From: Bacteroidia bacterium
GTDB taxonomy: Bacteria > Bacteroidota > Bacteroidia > Bacteroidales > GWA2-32-17
Assembly: GCA_016218155.1 (NCBI GenBank)
Contig: JACREQ010000105.1
Location: 129,294-193,293 of the forward strand
DNA length: 64,000 bases
Reading direction: 5' to 3'
Both the position numbers and the translations under genes were made by a program. Below, one piece after another: positions 20,246-29,918 of the stretch. The notes beneath the pieces are model-generated. The model worked only from the letters and a program-made list of their open reading frames with translations. It ran no database searches and had not been told where the DNA came from. How positions within the stretch are numbered: position 1 is the first letter of the stretch; each line of letters begins with the position of its first letter.

Positions 20246-21298
20246 TTAATTACATTCTGAAACAAAAACAGAAGCAGCTTTAATACCTAATTCGTCTGCT
20301 TTCTTCCAATCATCACAGGCTTCCTTTACCATTCGAAGTTCTTCTTTTGCAATACCACGATTTAAATAAGCATAACCATAACTTGCATCTTTCTGAATTA
20401 ATTTATTAAAATCATCTATTGCGCCTTTATAATCTTTCATTTTAATTTTTGCAGAACCAAGATTATTATATGCAGCCAGATAATCATCTTTTAACATTAT
20501 TGCCTTGTTAAAATCTTCTATGGCACCTTTAAAATCTTTCTTTTCGAATTTTGCACTACCTCTGTTGTTATATGCAATAACATAGTCAGACTTAATTTTA
20601 ATAGCCTGGGAATATGCATCTATTGCTTCATCATATTTATCTTTTTTACGCAACACACTACCCAGATTATTATATGTAAAATCTAAGTTAGGGTCAATTG
20701 TTAGTGCTCTTCTATAATCGCTTATCGACTCATCAAATTTTTCGAGTTTTCTATATGCACTTCCACGATCATTATATGCTAATGCATATCTTGAGTCAAT
20801 TTGAATTGCACCTGTATAGTCCTCAACTGCTCCCTGATAATCATCTGCCATAAATTTAAGCATGCCTCTGTAATAAAAAGCTTTAGCATCTTTTAAACCT
20901 TTATTTATTGCTAATGTATAATCAATTACTGCTCCCTGATTATCTTTTAGCTGTTGTTTTGCTCTTGCACGTGAGTAATAAGCAGTAAGCATAGTAGAAT
21001 CATATTTTAAAGTAGCATCAAAATCTGAAATTGCATCCTGCAACATTTTCATTTCTACTTTTACACTTCCACGATTAAAATAAGCTTTTGCAAAATCAAC
21101 TTTATAACTAATTGCTTCGGTAAAATTATTTACAGCATCCTGATAAAGTTTATTTTTATAATTCTCAATACCTTTATTATATGCCATTTCAGCTTCCTGA
21201 TTCTCGGCAACAACTAAAGTAGTATCACCCTGAATCTGTGCTATAACAGTAATTCCGGTACAGAAAAACATAATAATAAATGGAAATAGATTTTTCAT
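20246..21298 (-). CDS. Secreted TPR-repeat protein
   Basis: 350 aa; signal peptide, then about 9 consecutive 34-aa TPR units (A.YNNLGSA......Y..AI.D..KAI.....Y..AY.NRG). Confidence 0.9.
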   Translation of the reverse strand: MKNLFPFIIMFFCTGITVIAQIQGDTTLVVAENQEAEMAYNKGIENYKNKLYQDAVNNFTEAISYKVDFAKAYFNRGSVKVEMKMLQDAISDFDATLKYDSTMLTAYYSRARAKQQLKDNQGAVIDYTLAINKGLKDAKAFYYRGMLKFMADDYQGAVEDYTGAIQIDSRYALAYNDRGSAYRKLEKFDESISDYRRALTIDPNLDFTYNNLGSVLRKKDKYDEAIDAYSQAIKIKSDYVIAYNNRGSAKFEKKDFKGAIEDFNKAIMLKDDYLAAYNNLGSAKIKMKDYKGAIDDFNKLIQKDASYGYAYLNRGIAKEELRMVKEACDDWKKADELGIKAASVFVSECN

Positions 21299-21405
21299 AC
21301 ACGCATTTTTTAATTCAGTTTACGAATAATGCGTGCAATTTAAGTAATTATAAAATAAATTAAAAATTGAATAAATTAAAAATTACTAAGACTTCTTTAA
21401 GTGCT

Positions 21406-23364
21406 TTAAGACAACATATTAATTAAAACTTTATTAAGCGGATACCATGACAATGTGTTAATAACTTCGCTGATATGTACTCTTTTACCATCTTTATATA
21501 CAACTATCCATGCATCAGGGGTTCCACAACTTATTCTTTCTTGTTTAGCACTAGAATATTTGTCGTAACTACCAATTAAATATTTATACCAACCTTCATG
21601 ATTTTCCATTGAAATCTCTCTTTTCCCCGGATATCGCTGATGTAGTTCTGCATATGGAATTTCGCGATGACAAGCTCCAACCTGAACCTTAAAAGCAACA
21701 TTTGATGAACTTATTATCTGATCTGATTTTGTTTGGTTTGTATCATCGTTTTTTGCTACAACATCAGTCTTAACTTCATTACTAACAACTGCCTCTGATT
21801 TATTTTCAACAATAGGGTCATTATTTAAAACAGGTTGTATTTCAGTTTTATTTTCTGATTTTATTGTATCTTTTTTTTCTTCACCTCCATTATTAACATT
21901 CACAAATAAATTTGATGGTTCACCATTATCAACCGGAATACGATAATTATCAGGATTATCAACAGTATCGGTTTTGTTTACCATTGCAAGGTCCTGAATC
22001 TTTTGAAAAGAATAAATGTCAATAAAACCTAAGCCATCTTTTCTTATTGCAGAAAAATATCCATGTTCGTTTTCATTTTCTCCAAATACCTGACAATACA
22101 TTTCATTATCAGGAGTATTTAATGGAAATCCTAAGTTTTCGGGTTTTGACCATTTTCCATCAACTAAATTTGTACGAAACATATCAAATCCTCCCATTGA
22201 ATTATGTCCTGTTGATGAAAAATATAAAGTTTTACCATCTTTAGATAAGGAAACACCTTCTTCATCATAAATAGTATTTACATCACTACCCAGATTTTCT
22301 GGATCAGACCAATCTCCATTATCACTTAAATGAGACACAAAAATATCTCTTAAACCAAAAGTTTTATCATCTCTATTACTAACAATATACAATGTTTTTC
22401 CATCATCAGAAATACACGCAGATGACTCATGTGAAGAAGTATTTATTTTGCTTAGTGCTTTTGGCGATGACCATTCTCCATTATTAAATTCATACTCATA
22501 TAAATCGCCACCATTTATTAAACCACGGTAAATAAATAACAATTTACCATTAAAAGATAAACCAACACTTGCATCGTGCGAAGAAGTATTTACATTTCCA
22601 TTAATTTTTTGTGGCATCAGCCAACCATTTTCTCCTTTTGTTGACTGATAAATATCTTCATAATATTCCAATTCATTTGGATCAATCTCTCCACCTGTGC
22701 TACCCTCACGTCGTGATGTAAATATCATTAATTTCTCATCAGAGGTTATTAACGGTGCATAATCACTATGAACTGAATTTACGATGCTATTGTTTTCGAT
22801 TTTAACATTTACCGGATTAGAGACCAACAATTTTCCATTCTCACATTCTGAGATTTTTTTATTAATCTGTTTTGAAATTTCGGTTTTATCAGAACCAATA
22901 TATGCACTTTCAAATTTCTTATAATGTTCAATTGCATTATCAAACTGTAGATTATAATGATACCCTTGACCAATTGCATATTCAATTTTTGAGTCAACAT
23001 CTGATTTTAGGCTTTGAGATTTTAAAAAATAATCTAGTGAAGCAGCTTTATCTGATGAATTTAAATAACAAACTCCTATTTTAAAGTTTAAAATTGAATA
23101 ATTTGGATTAAATGAATTTGCTTTTAAATAATATTCGAGTGCCTGAGGGTACAACCATTTCTTTTGTTTAGAAAATAAATCATCGCCTTTTTTAATATTT
23201 TGTACCGCTTGATTAAATCCGGTTTCGTCTGTAAAATTCTTTTTCTTAAATTCAATATCCTGTGCATTTACATTTACAAATATCATTAAATTAACAAATA
23301 GAAAAAACACAACAAATTTTACAGATGAACCAAAAGATAATTTGGAGATAAATTTCACTTGCAT
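21406..23364 (-). CDS. Periplasmic TPR / PD40 beta-propeller protein with a C-terminal SPOR-like domain (paralog 3)
   Basis: 652 aa. The N-terminal two thirds are colinear with paralogs 1 and 2 (ALEYYLKANSFNPNYSILNFKIGVCYLNS; DYAPLITSDEKLMIFTSRR; DASVGLSFNGKLLF; YDEEGVSLSKDGKTLYFSSTGHNSMGGFDMF). A disordered N/K/E-rich linker follows. The C-terminus is FKVQVGACHREIPYAELHQRY...GWYKYLIGSYDKYSSAKQERISCGTPDAWIVVYKDGKRV, which fits the SPOR beta-alpha-beta pattern. No OmpA_C motifs. Confidence 0.85.
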   Translation of the reverse strand: MQVKFISKLSFGSSVKFVVFFLFVNLMIFVNVNAQDIEFKKKNFTDETGFNQAVQNIKKGDDLFSKQKKWLYPQALEYYLKANSFNPNYSILNFKIGVCYLNSSDKAASLDYFLKSQSLKSDVDSKIEYAIGQGYHYNLQFDNAIEHYKKFESAYIGSDKTEISKQINKKISECENGKLLVSNPVNVKIENNSIVNSVHSDYAPLITSDEKLMIFTSRREGSTGGEIDPNELEYYEDIYQSTKGENGWLMPQKINGNVNTSSHDASVGLSFNGKLLFIYRGLINGGDLYEYEFNNGEWSSPKALSKINTSSHESSACISDDGKTLYIVSNRDDKTFGLRDIFVSHLSDNGDWSDPENLGSDVNTIYDEEGVSLSKDGKTLYFSSTGHNSMGGFDMFRTNLVDGKWSKPENLGFPLNTPDNEMYCQVFGENENEHGYFSAIRKDGLGFIDIYSFQKIQDLAMVNKTDTVDNPDNYRIPVDNGEPSNLFVNVNNGGEEKKDTIKSENKTEIQPVLNNDPIVENKSEAVVSNEVKTDVVAKNDDTNQTKSDQIISSSNVAFKVQVGACHREIPYAELHQRYPGKREISMENHEGWYKYLIGSYDKYSSAKQERISCGTPDAWIVVYKDGKRVHISEVINTLSWYPLNKVLINMLS

Positions 23365-23666
23365 ATTATTAAAATTATAATGAATTACTATATTATTAAA
23401 TCATCAATATAGTATTTACCCATTTTACTTATACTAAAGTAACAATGTGTTAAATTTATTAAGTACACATTATTAGAAAGTTATAAACTGCTAAATGTTA
23501 AGAAATATCTTACATTAGTTTTTGACAGTCATGTTATTATACTAAAACAAGATTATCATTTTAAATTTCAAATTCTTTTTATAAACTTAAAATAAATGCG
23601 TTAATTCAATTAACTTTTATAAAACACAAACGTATAAACAGCAAAATTGAAAGAATATAAATAAAT

Positions 23667-26147
23667 ATGACTAATCATCTGTTAATCAAAATAATATTTT
23701 TCTTTATTTTATTCCTTAATTTTAATATCTTTTCAGAAAGAATTAATGCTCAGGATATACCCCAAAATAGAAAAAAACTTCAGAAGCTTGCAAATGAACA
23801 TTTTAACAATGAAGAATTCAGTAAAGCCTTGCCATTATTATTAATACTTGACAGTTTAACTCCGGATAATTTTGAGATTAAATATGAGATTGGTGCTTGT
23901 TATTTAAATACTCCTTATGAAAAAACCAAAGGAATTCCATATCTTGAGTATGCATTAGAAAAAGGGGGTAATCTGTTACCAAATGTTGTTTTTTACGATT
24001 TAGGTACTCTCTATCATATTAATTACCAATTTAACGAAGCAGAAAATCAATTTAAAAGATTTTTAGAAATTACCGAAAAAAACAATCACTTAAGATTGTC
24101 TGCCTCAAGAATGATTACTATTTGCAATAATGCAAAAGAAATATATTCTAATCCAATTCTTACCGAAATTTATAATATTGGTGCTCCTATTAATTCCGAT
24201 AATAGCGAAACAACTCCGTTAATTTCTGCAGATGAAGAAATAGTATTTTTCACAAGATCTTTTTCTAAAACTTATGGTCAGTTAGATATAGAATTTTTAA
24301 AAAAAATATATTGTTCGGTACTAAAAAATAAAAAATGGCAGGAGCCATTTGAAATTAATATCGAAAACCCAATTGATGGCATGCAAATATCATTGGCAGG
24401 TACATCCCCGGATGGTGAATTATTGTTTTTTTCAATTGGCAATGAGACGTCTTCAGACATTTATTTCTGCAGAATAATAGACGGAAAATGTAATAATTTT
24501 AATAAAATGCCTGATGTTATAAATTCATCTTTCTGGGAAGGGAAAGTGAGTATAACACCTGATGGCAATACTCTGTATTTCTCGAGTAACAGACCTGGCG
24601 GATTTGGTGGAAAAGATATTTATGTTGTTACAAAAGATGAAAATGGAAATTGGGTTGATTTAAAAAATTTGGGTTCCTCTGTTAATACTGAGTTTGACGA
24701 AGATGCCCCATTTATTCATCCTGATAACAAAACTCTATATTTTTCATCAAATGGTCACAATACTATGGGTGGCTATGATGTTTTTACAAGTGTTAAACAA
24801 GATACAACCAACAACTGGACAGAACCGACAAATTTAGGTTATCCAATAAATACAACCAGTGATGATATTGGTTTTGTGATTTCTGCCAACGGAAATAATG
24901 CATATTTGTCTTCGGCACATGATAACCAGTATGGAAAACATGATATTTACAAAGTTGTTTTACATAAAACCATTCCGCTTACTTTAATTAAAGGCGTAAT
25001 AATGGGTGGCGATCCTCCCAAGCCTGTAAAAGCAAAAATAAAGGTCATTGATCACGAAACAAAAGAAAGACTAAGATATGTGTATAATCCGAGCCCTAAA
25101 AACGGAAAGTACCTTCTTATTTTTCCACCAAATAAAAATTACGATATGATTATTGAAGCTGAAGGTTATTACCCTCAACTTATTAATATTTTCGTTCCAA
25201 ATCAAACCTATTTCTATGAACTTTTTCAGGAAATATATCTTAAACAAGTTAAAATCAACGAAAAAGATAGCGTTATTGGACAAGAAATAACTATAACAAA
25301 TACTTTCTATGATATATATAAAACAAAGGCAGCAGATAGCCTGACAAGCGAAGAGGAATCTAACAAAGTACACAAATTTGACGATTTACTAAAAACAGTT
25401 GAAAATATTATAAACTCTACGGACAGCATAGGATTAGATGCCCTTGATAGCCTTGCTGAGAATAATAACATTCTGGAAAATAAAAACAACAAAAAGTCAT
25501 CTAACAAAGAATATAATGACTTATTAAATTTAATCGAAAACGCTATTGAAAAAACAGACTCAATTTCATTACTTCTTTTAGATGCCAATACCATTTATAA
25601 TGATATAACAAGCAGTGTTTACTTTTTTGGAGTTGATAATATATCAAATAATTTAGAAAAGGTTATTGTAGACAATGACACAATATATACACTTCCTAAA
25701 TTAAATACTATTAAAAATAAAGAACAAAACAAAGTTGAAATAAAAAATGAACGAATTTTTGAATTTAAAACATCATCAGAAAATAGCAGAAAATATGTTT
25801 ACATCAATAATATATACTTTGACTCAGGGAAATCAATTATAGATAAAAAATATTCACAAATATTGAATAGCATAGTTGAACTATTGTTAATTAATAAAAA
25901 TTTAGGTATTGAACTTCATGGATATACAGACCCAGTCGGAGATGATGATGTTAATTTAGAATTATCAAAAACCCGCGCATTTAATGTTATGGAGTTTATT
26001 GTTTCGAAGCAGGTAGAGTCAAACAGAATTATAATGAACGGACATGGCGAATCTGGGAATGACTCAAAAGGTAAAATAAATGAAATGCAAATGTTAAGGA
26101 GAGTAGAACTTAAGATTTTTGAAGTTAAAAACCCTTCTCAGGAGTAA
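23667..26147 (+). CDS. Periplasmic TPR / PD40 / CarboxypepD_reg-like / OmpA_C fusion protein (paralog 4); YfiB-position gene
   Basis: 826 aa; ETTPLISADEEIVFFTRS, FDEDAPFIHPDNKTLYFSSNGHNTMGGYDVF, an N/K-rich insert, and OmpA_C (IELHGYTDPVGDDDVNLELSKTRAFNVMEFI...LRRVELKIF). It is transcribed divergently from paralog 3 and lies 5 nt upstream of the YfiR-like gene. Confidence 0.9.
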   Translation: MTNHLLIKIIFFFILFLNFNIFSERINAQDIPQNRKKLQKLANEHFNNEEFSKALPLLLILDSLTPDNFEIKYEIGACYLNTPYEKTKGIPYLEYALEKGGNLLPNVVFYDLGTLYHINYQFNEAENQFKRFLEITEKNNHLRLSASRMITICNNAKEIYSNPILTEIYNIGAPINSDNSETTPLISADEEIVFFTRSFSKTYGQLDIEFLKKIYCSVLKNKKWQEPFEINIENPIDGMQISLAGTSPDGELLFFSIGNETSSDIYFCRIIDGKCNNFNKMPDVINSSFWEGKVSITPDGNTLYFSSNRPGGFGGKDIYVVTKDENGNWVDLKNLGSSVNTEFDEDAPFIHPDNKTLYFSSNGHNTMGGYDVFTSVKQDTTNNWTEPTNLGYPINTTSDDIGFVISANGNNAYLSSAHDNQYGKHDIYKVVLHKTIPLTLIKGVIMGGDPPKPVKAKIKVIDHETKERLRYVYNPSPKNGKYLLIFPPNKNYDMIIEAEGYYPQLINIFVPNQTYFYELFQEIYLKQVKINEKDSVIGQEITITNTFYDIYKTKAADSLTSEEESNKVHKFDDLLKTVENIINSTDSIGLDALDSLAENNNILENKNNKKSSNKEYNDLLNLIENAIEKTDSISLLLLDANTIYNDITSSVYFFGVDNISNNLEKVIVDNDTIYTLPKLNTIKNKEQNKVEIKNERIFEFKTSSENSRKYVYINNIYFDSGKSIIDKKYSQILNSIVELLLINKNLGIELHGYTDPVGDDDVNLELSKTRAFNVMEFIVSKQVESNRIIMNGHGESGNDSKGKINEMQMLRRVELKIFEVKNPSQE

Positions 26148-26152
26148 TATTT

Positions 26153-26725
26153 ATGAGGCATTTCATTTCACATATAAGTCAAGTTATATTTTTATTATGG
26201 ATAGTTGCATTCATTAATTTACCAATTAAAAGCTACTCTCAACAATATACAGAATACGAATTAAAAGCCGCATATATTTTTAATTTTGGAAAATTTGTAC
26301 AATGGCCAGAAGAAGCGTTTAAAAAATCAACTGATCCTTTCATTATTGGCATTTTTGGCAACGATCCATTTGGTGATATACTACAACAAACCATTCAAAA
26401 CAAATCACTTCAAAACAGGCCAATAATTATTATTAATATTATAAATATTGAAGATGCATCAACATGCCATATTCTTTTTATAAGCAAAACAAATAAATTT
26501 AATTTAACTCAGGTAATTCAATCTTTAAACAATAAACCAGTTCTTACAATTGGCGATAACATAGAAGAATTTTGTCAAACCGGTGGAATAATAAATTTTA
26601 CCGGGCAACACTCACAAAAAAGATTCGAAATAAATAATAAAGCTTCGGCAAGGGTAAATTTAATAATTAGTTCTAAACTTTTAGTATTATCAAGAATTGT
26701 TACAGAAGATGAAATTAAATTTTAG
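26153..26725 (+). CDS. YfiR-family (DUF4154) periplasmic protein
   Basis: 190 aa; signal peptide, then [20 protein letters not shown]...ILFIS...VLTIGD...GGIINF, which I recognise as the DUF4154/YfiR pattern. Confidence 0.8.
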   Translation: MRHFISHISQVIFLLWIVAFINLPIKSYSQQYTEYELKAAYIFNFGKFVQWPEEAFKKSTDPFIIGIFGNDPFGDILQQTIQNKSLQNRPIIIINIINIEDASTCHILFISKTNKFNLTQVIQSLNNKPVLTIGDNIEEFCQTGGIINFTGQHSQKRFEINNKASARVNLIISSKLLVLSRIVTEDEIKF

Positions 26726-28610
26726 TAACATATCTTTTAAATATAAAATTATTTTGGTTATTTTATCAGTAACCTTAATTACTCAAATAATTGCAGCCTA
26801 CTTTTATGCAAGATATGACAAAAATGAATTTGTTCAGAAAAACATACAAAGTCTTGAAATAATTTCACAAATAATTTCTAGTAATTCTACAGCAGCAATT
26901 TTATTTAACGACTCCAAACAATCTGCAGATATTTTAAAATCACTTAAAGCTGAATTACACATAAAATCAGTTTGTATATATAATGACAAAAAGAAACCAT
27001 TTGCTTATTACAGAAGAGACAGTAATATAACAATTCCCACACAAGCAATATTTACAACTAAAAATGGCACAACATTAAGTGAAAATTATATTACACTTTT
27101 ACGACCAATTTTTGACGAATCAGACAATAAAACAATCATAGGTTACATCTTCCTGGATCGCGACTTAGCAGACTATGATACAAGATTTTCCAAATCATTA
27201 TTAGTTTTAATAATCATTACATTTTCATCATTGGTTTTTGCATTAATTATTTCCACCCAAATGCAAAAAATAATTTCAGTACCAATAAAAAAACTTTCTC
27301 AAACTGTTAAGAATATTACAGAAAATGGTGATTTTTCTGTAAGAATTGAAAAAAAGGGAAATGACGAAGTCGGTGAACTAACAGGAGGTTTTAACGGAAT
27401 GTTATCCAAGATAGAAGAGCAGAACGAAGCACTTATATTAGCAAAAGAACAAGCTATCGGTTCTGCAAAAATAAAGGAAGTATTTTTAGCTAACATGAGC
27501 CATGAAATAAGAACTCCAATGAATGCGATTGTTGGAATGTCAAATCTTATACTTGGAACACCAATAAACGACGAACAACGCGATTATTTGCAACACATTA
27601 AAACATCTGCCGATAATCTTCTTATTATAATAAATGACATTCTGGATTTCTCGAAAATTGAAGCAGGAAAAATTGAATTTGAGAATATCAGGTTTAATAT
27701 AAACGATACATTAGAAAATATACGTAAAACTTTTGACTTTAAGCTTAAAGGACATACGCTCGACTTTATAATTGAAAAAAATAACAACGTTCCAGATTAT
27801 TTAATTGGCGATCATGTCAGATTAAACCAAATACTTCTGAACCTAGTTGGGAATGCAATAAAATTCACCGAAAATGGAAGTATTAAAATTAAAATTGACA
27901 AAACAAATGAAAATGATGATCTTGTAGAATTACAGTTTAGTGTAATAGATACAGGGATTGGAATACCAAAAGATAAATTAGATTTTATATTTCAGAGTTT
28001 TAGTCAGGCAGCTAGCGATACAACTAGAAAATACGGTGGCACAGGGCTTGGATTAACAATTTGCAAGCAATTAATTGAATTACAAAAAGGAAAAATATGG
28101 GTTGAGAGTGAGCAAGGAAAAGGAAGCTCTTTCTGTTTTACAATACAATACAAAAAAACATCTGCACCTAGCTTATCAGAATTACAACAATTATCAATTC
28201 AAAATATTATTACTGTAACAAAAGATATTTTAGAAAATTCAAGAATATTAATTGTTGAAGATAATCCACTTAATTTATTGTTAGCTAAAACAATTCTTAA
28301 GAAACAAAATTTCAAAAACATCGACTCTGCTGAAAATGGACAAGAGGCAATAGATCTAATTAAAAATAATGACTATAACGTTATTTTAATGGATCTTCAT
28401 ATGCCAATTATGGATGGTTATCAAGCAACACTTTTTATAAGAGAACATATGAGTGAAAAGAAAAGACAGGTACCAATAATCGCTTTAACAGCTGCAGCTA
28501 TTAAAGGAGAACAAGAAAAATGTTTCGAAACAGGAATGAACGACTATATCTCAAAACCATTTAAACCGGAAGAATTATTTTCAAAAATCATACATTTCTT
28601 ACAACCTTAA
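26709..28610 (+). CDS. Hybrid sensor histidine kinase/response regulator with a CHASE8-like periplasmic domain and HAMP
   Basis: The track start is TTG 26697; the first ATG is 26709, overlapping the YfiR-like gene by 17 nt. Two TM segments flank a sensor domain ([43 protein letters not shown]). HAMP follows, then the H-box [12 protein letters not shown]-box [11 protein letters not shown]-boxes DTGIGIP and [13 protein letters not shown], and a receiver domain ([10 protein letters not shown]...[11 protein letters not shown]...ISKPF). Confidence 0.95.
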   Translation: MKLNFSNISFKYKIILVILSVTLITQIIAAYFYARYDKNEFVQKNIQSLEIISQIISSNSTAAILFNDSKQSADILKSLKAELHIKSVCIYNDKKKPFAYYRRDSNITIPTQAIFTTKNGTTLSENYITLLRPIFDESDNKTIIGYIFLDRDLADYDTRFSKSLLVLIIITFSSLVFALIISTQMQKIISVPIKKLSQTVKNITENGDFSVRIEKKGNDEVGELTGGFNGMLSKIEEQNEALILAKEQAIGSAKIKEVFLANMSHEIRTPMNAIVGMSNLILGTPINDEQRDYLQHIKTSADNLLIIINDILDFSKIEAGKIEFENIRFNINDTLENIRKTFDFKLKGHTLDFIIEKNNNVPDYLIGDHVRLNQILLNLVGNAIKFTENGSIKIKIDKTNENDDLVELQFSVIDTGIGIPKDKLDFIFQSFSQAASDTTRKYGGTGLGLTICKQLIELQKGKIWVESEQGKGSSFCFTIQYKKTSAPSLSELQQLSIQNIITVTKDILENSRILIVEDNPLNLLLAKTILKKQNFKNIDSAENGQEAIDLIKNNDYNVILMDLHMPIMDGYQATLFIREHMSEKKRQVPIIALTAAAIKGEQEKCFETGMNDYISKPFKPEELFSKIIHFLQP

Positions 28611-28719
28611 TTATAACCACATTAATAATTTTAATGTGTTATAAAATTAAATTTTATTAATTTTAAAGAAATATTAAAAAGCATATTACCTGATAATTAA
28701 TTTACTGTAAATTACCAAA

Positions 28720-29067
28720 ATGGAAATAAACTTAGATTTAAGCTATTTAGAAAATATGGCAGCAGGCGACAATAATCTTATAAAAGAGATGATTGAAATT
28801 TTTAAAGAACAGGTTCCAGAGTTTGTTTGCGAAATGAATAAAGCAATAAGCAATAATGATTCAAAAGCACTTGCTTCTATTGCACACAAAGCAAAATCAT
28901 CTGTTGCAATTATGGGAATTATAAGTCTTATTGAAGATTTGAAAGTACTCGAAAATATTGCTGCAAATAATGAGAGAACAGACGAATACCCCGAATTTGT
29001 TAACAGATTTATTTTAAATTCTAAGGAAGCAATAATAAAGTTAAATGAAGTCTCATCAAAATTATAA
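28720..29067 (+). CDS. Hpt (histidine phosphotransfer) domain protein
   Basis: 115 aa four-helix type with SIAHKAKSSVAIMG (phospho-His motif HKxKSS). Confidence 0.85.
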   Translation: MEINLDLSYLENMAAGDNNLIKEMIEIFKEQVPEFVCEMNKAISNNDSKALASIAHKAKSSVAIMGIISLIEDLKVLENIAANNERTDEYPEFVNRFILNSKEAIIKLNEVSSKL

Positions 29068-29084
29068 ATAATTAATTCTGCAAT

Positions 29085-29846
29085 ATGTTAAAATCAGTTT
29101 TAAAATATTTCACCCTATCTTTTATTGTTTTCACAATGTTTGCATGCTCGGTTTTCACAGCAAAACAAGATGATATTGAAGAAAAAGAGGGGTTAACATA
29201 TTTAAAAGGAACCAAAAAACTTTTTACCGGTGAAGTGTTAGATAATTACGAAAACGGGAAAAATAGTATTTCTTATAATTATAAAGATGGAAAGAAAGAT
29301 GGCGTTTCAAAAGCCTGGTATGAAAGCGGTCAATTAGAATACGAAGGAAGATATCTTTCAGGATTAAAAGACGGAGAATTTAAAGGTTACTTTAACGATG
29401 GAACATTAGGTGCAGTTAGAAACTATTCAAACGGAGTAGAAAATGGTGATTGGAAAATATGGCATGAAAACGGAAAATTAAAAGAATCTGGTCACTTTAC
29501 AAAAGGACAGAAAGATAGTTTATGGAATTGGTATTATGAAAATGGTCAAAAATGGATTGAAATTAAATTTAACAATGGTAAAGAACAAGGTTTGTGGAAA
29601 GCATGGCACGAAACAGGCCAACTACGTGAAGAAATAAATTACCAGAACGGAAAAAAAGAAGGACTTTGGCAGGAATGGAATAAAGAAGGTCAAATAATTT
29701 CGAAAGGCTTGTACTCTCAGAACCACGAAAACGGAAACTGGTATGGCTGGTACGACAATGGTAAACCACGTTTCGAAAAACTTTTTAAGAATGGCGATAT
29801 TATTTATGACAAAGAATGGGATGAAAATGGTAATCCTATAAAATAA
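29085..29846 (+). CDS. MORN-repeat-variant (YwqK-like) lipoprotein
   Basis: 253 aa; lipobox FTMFAC; repeated G.K.G....W...G.L..E..Y..G..(D/E)G units. Confidence 0.8.
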   Translation: MLKSVLKYFTLSFIVFTMFACSVFTAKQDDIEEKEGLTYLKGTKKLFTGEVLDNYENGKNSISYNYKDGKKDGVSKAWYESGQLEYEGRYLSGLKDGEFKGYFNDGTLGAVRNYSNGVENGDWKIWHENGKLKESGHFTKGQKDSLWNWYYENGQKWIEIKFNNGKEQGLWKAWHETGQLREEINYQNGKKEGLWQEWNKEGQIISKGLYSQNHENGNWYGWYDNGKPRFEKLFKNGDIIYDKEWDENGNPIK

Positions 29847-29862
29847 TATATGTCAAATATAA

Positions 29863-29899
29863 CGAAGCGAAGTATCTACATTATAAATACTTCGCTTCG
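29863..29899. terminator. Strong bidirectional terminator
   Basis: CGAAGCGAAGTAT / ATACTTCGCTTCG: a perfect 13-bp stem with an 11-nt loop, followed by a T-run. It lies between convergent genes. Confidence 0.75.
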
Positions 29900-29918
29900 C
29901 AATTTTTAAAAGAAAATT

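Noticed and set aside
25300-25800. N/K/I/L-rich low-complexity stretch in the 826-aa paralog, with repeated LL..(I/V)EN.I..TDSI motifs, considered as a possible tandem DNA repeat.
   Set aside because: There are only two loosely similar peptide segments and no exact nucleotide periodicity. It is better explained as a disordered or coiled linker in an AT-rich genome.
29085-29846. MORN-variant protein of the kind often auto-annotated as 'YwqK family antitoxin', suggesting a toxin-antitoxin locus.
   Set aside because: It has a lipoprotein signal peptide, no adjacent toxin-like gene, and a strong terminator right after it. There is no evidence for a TA system.
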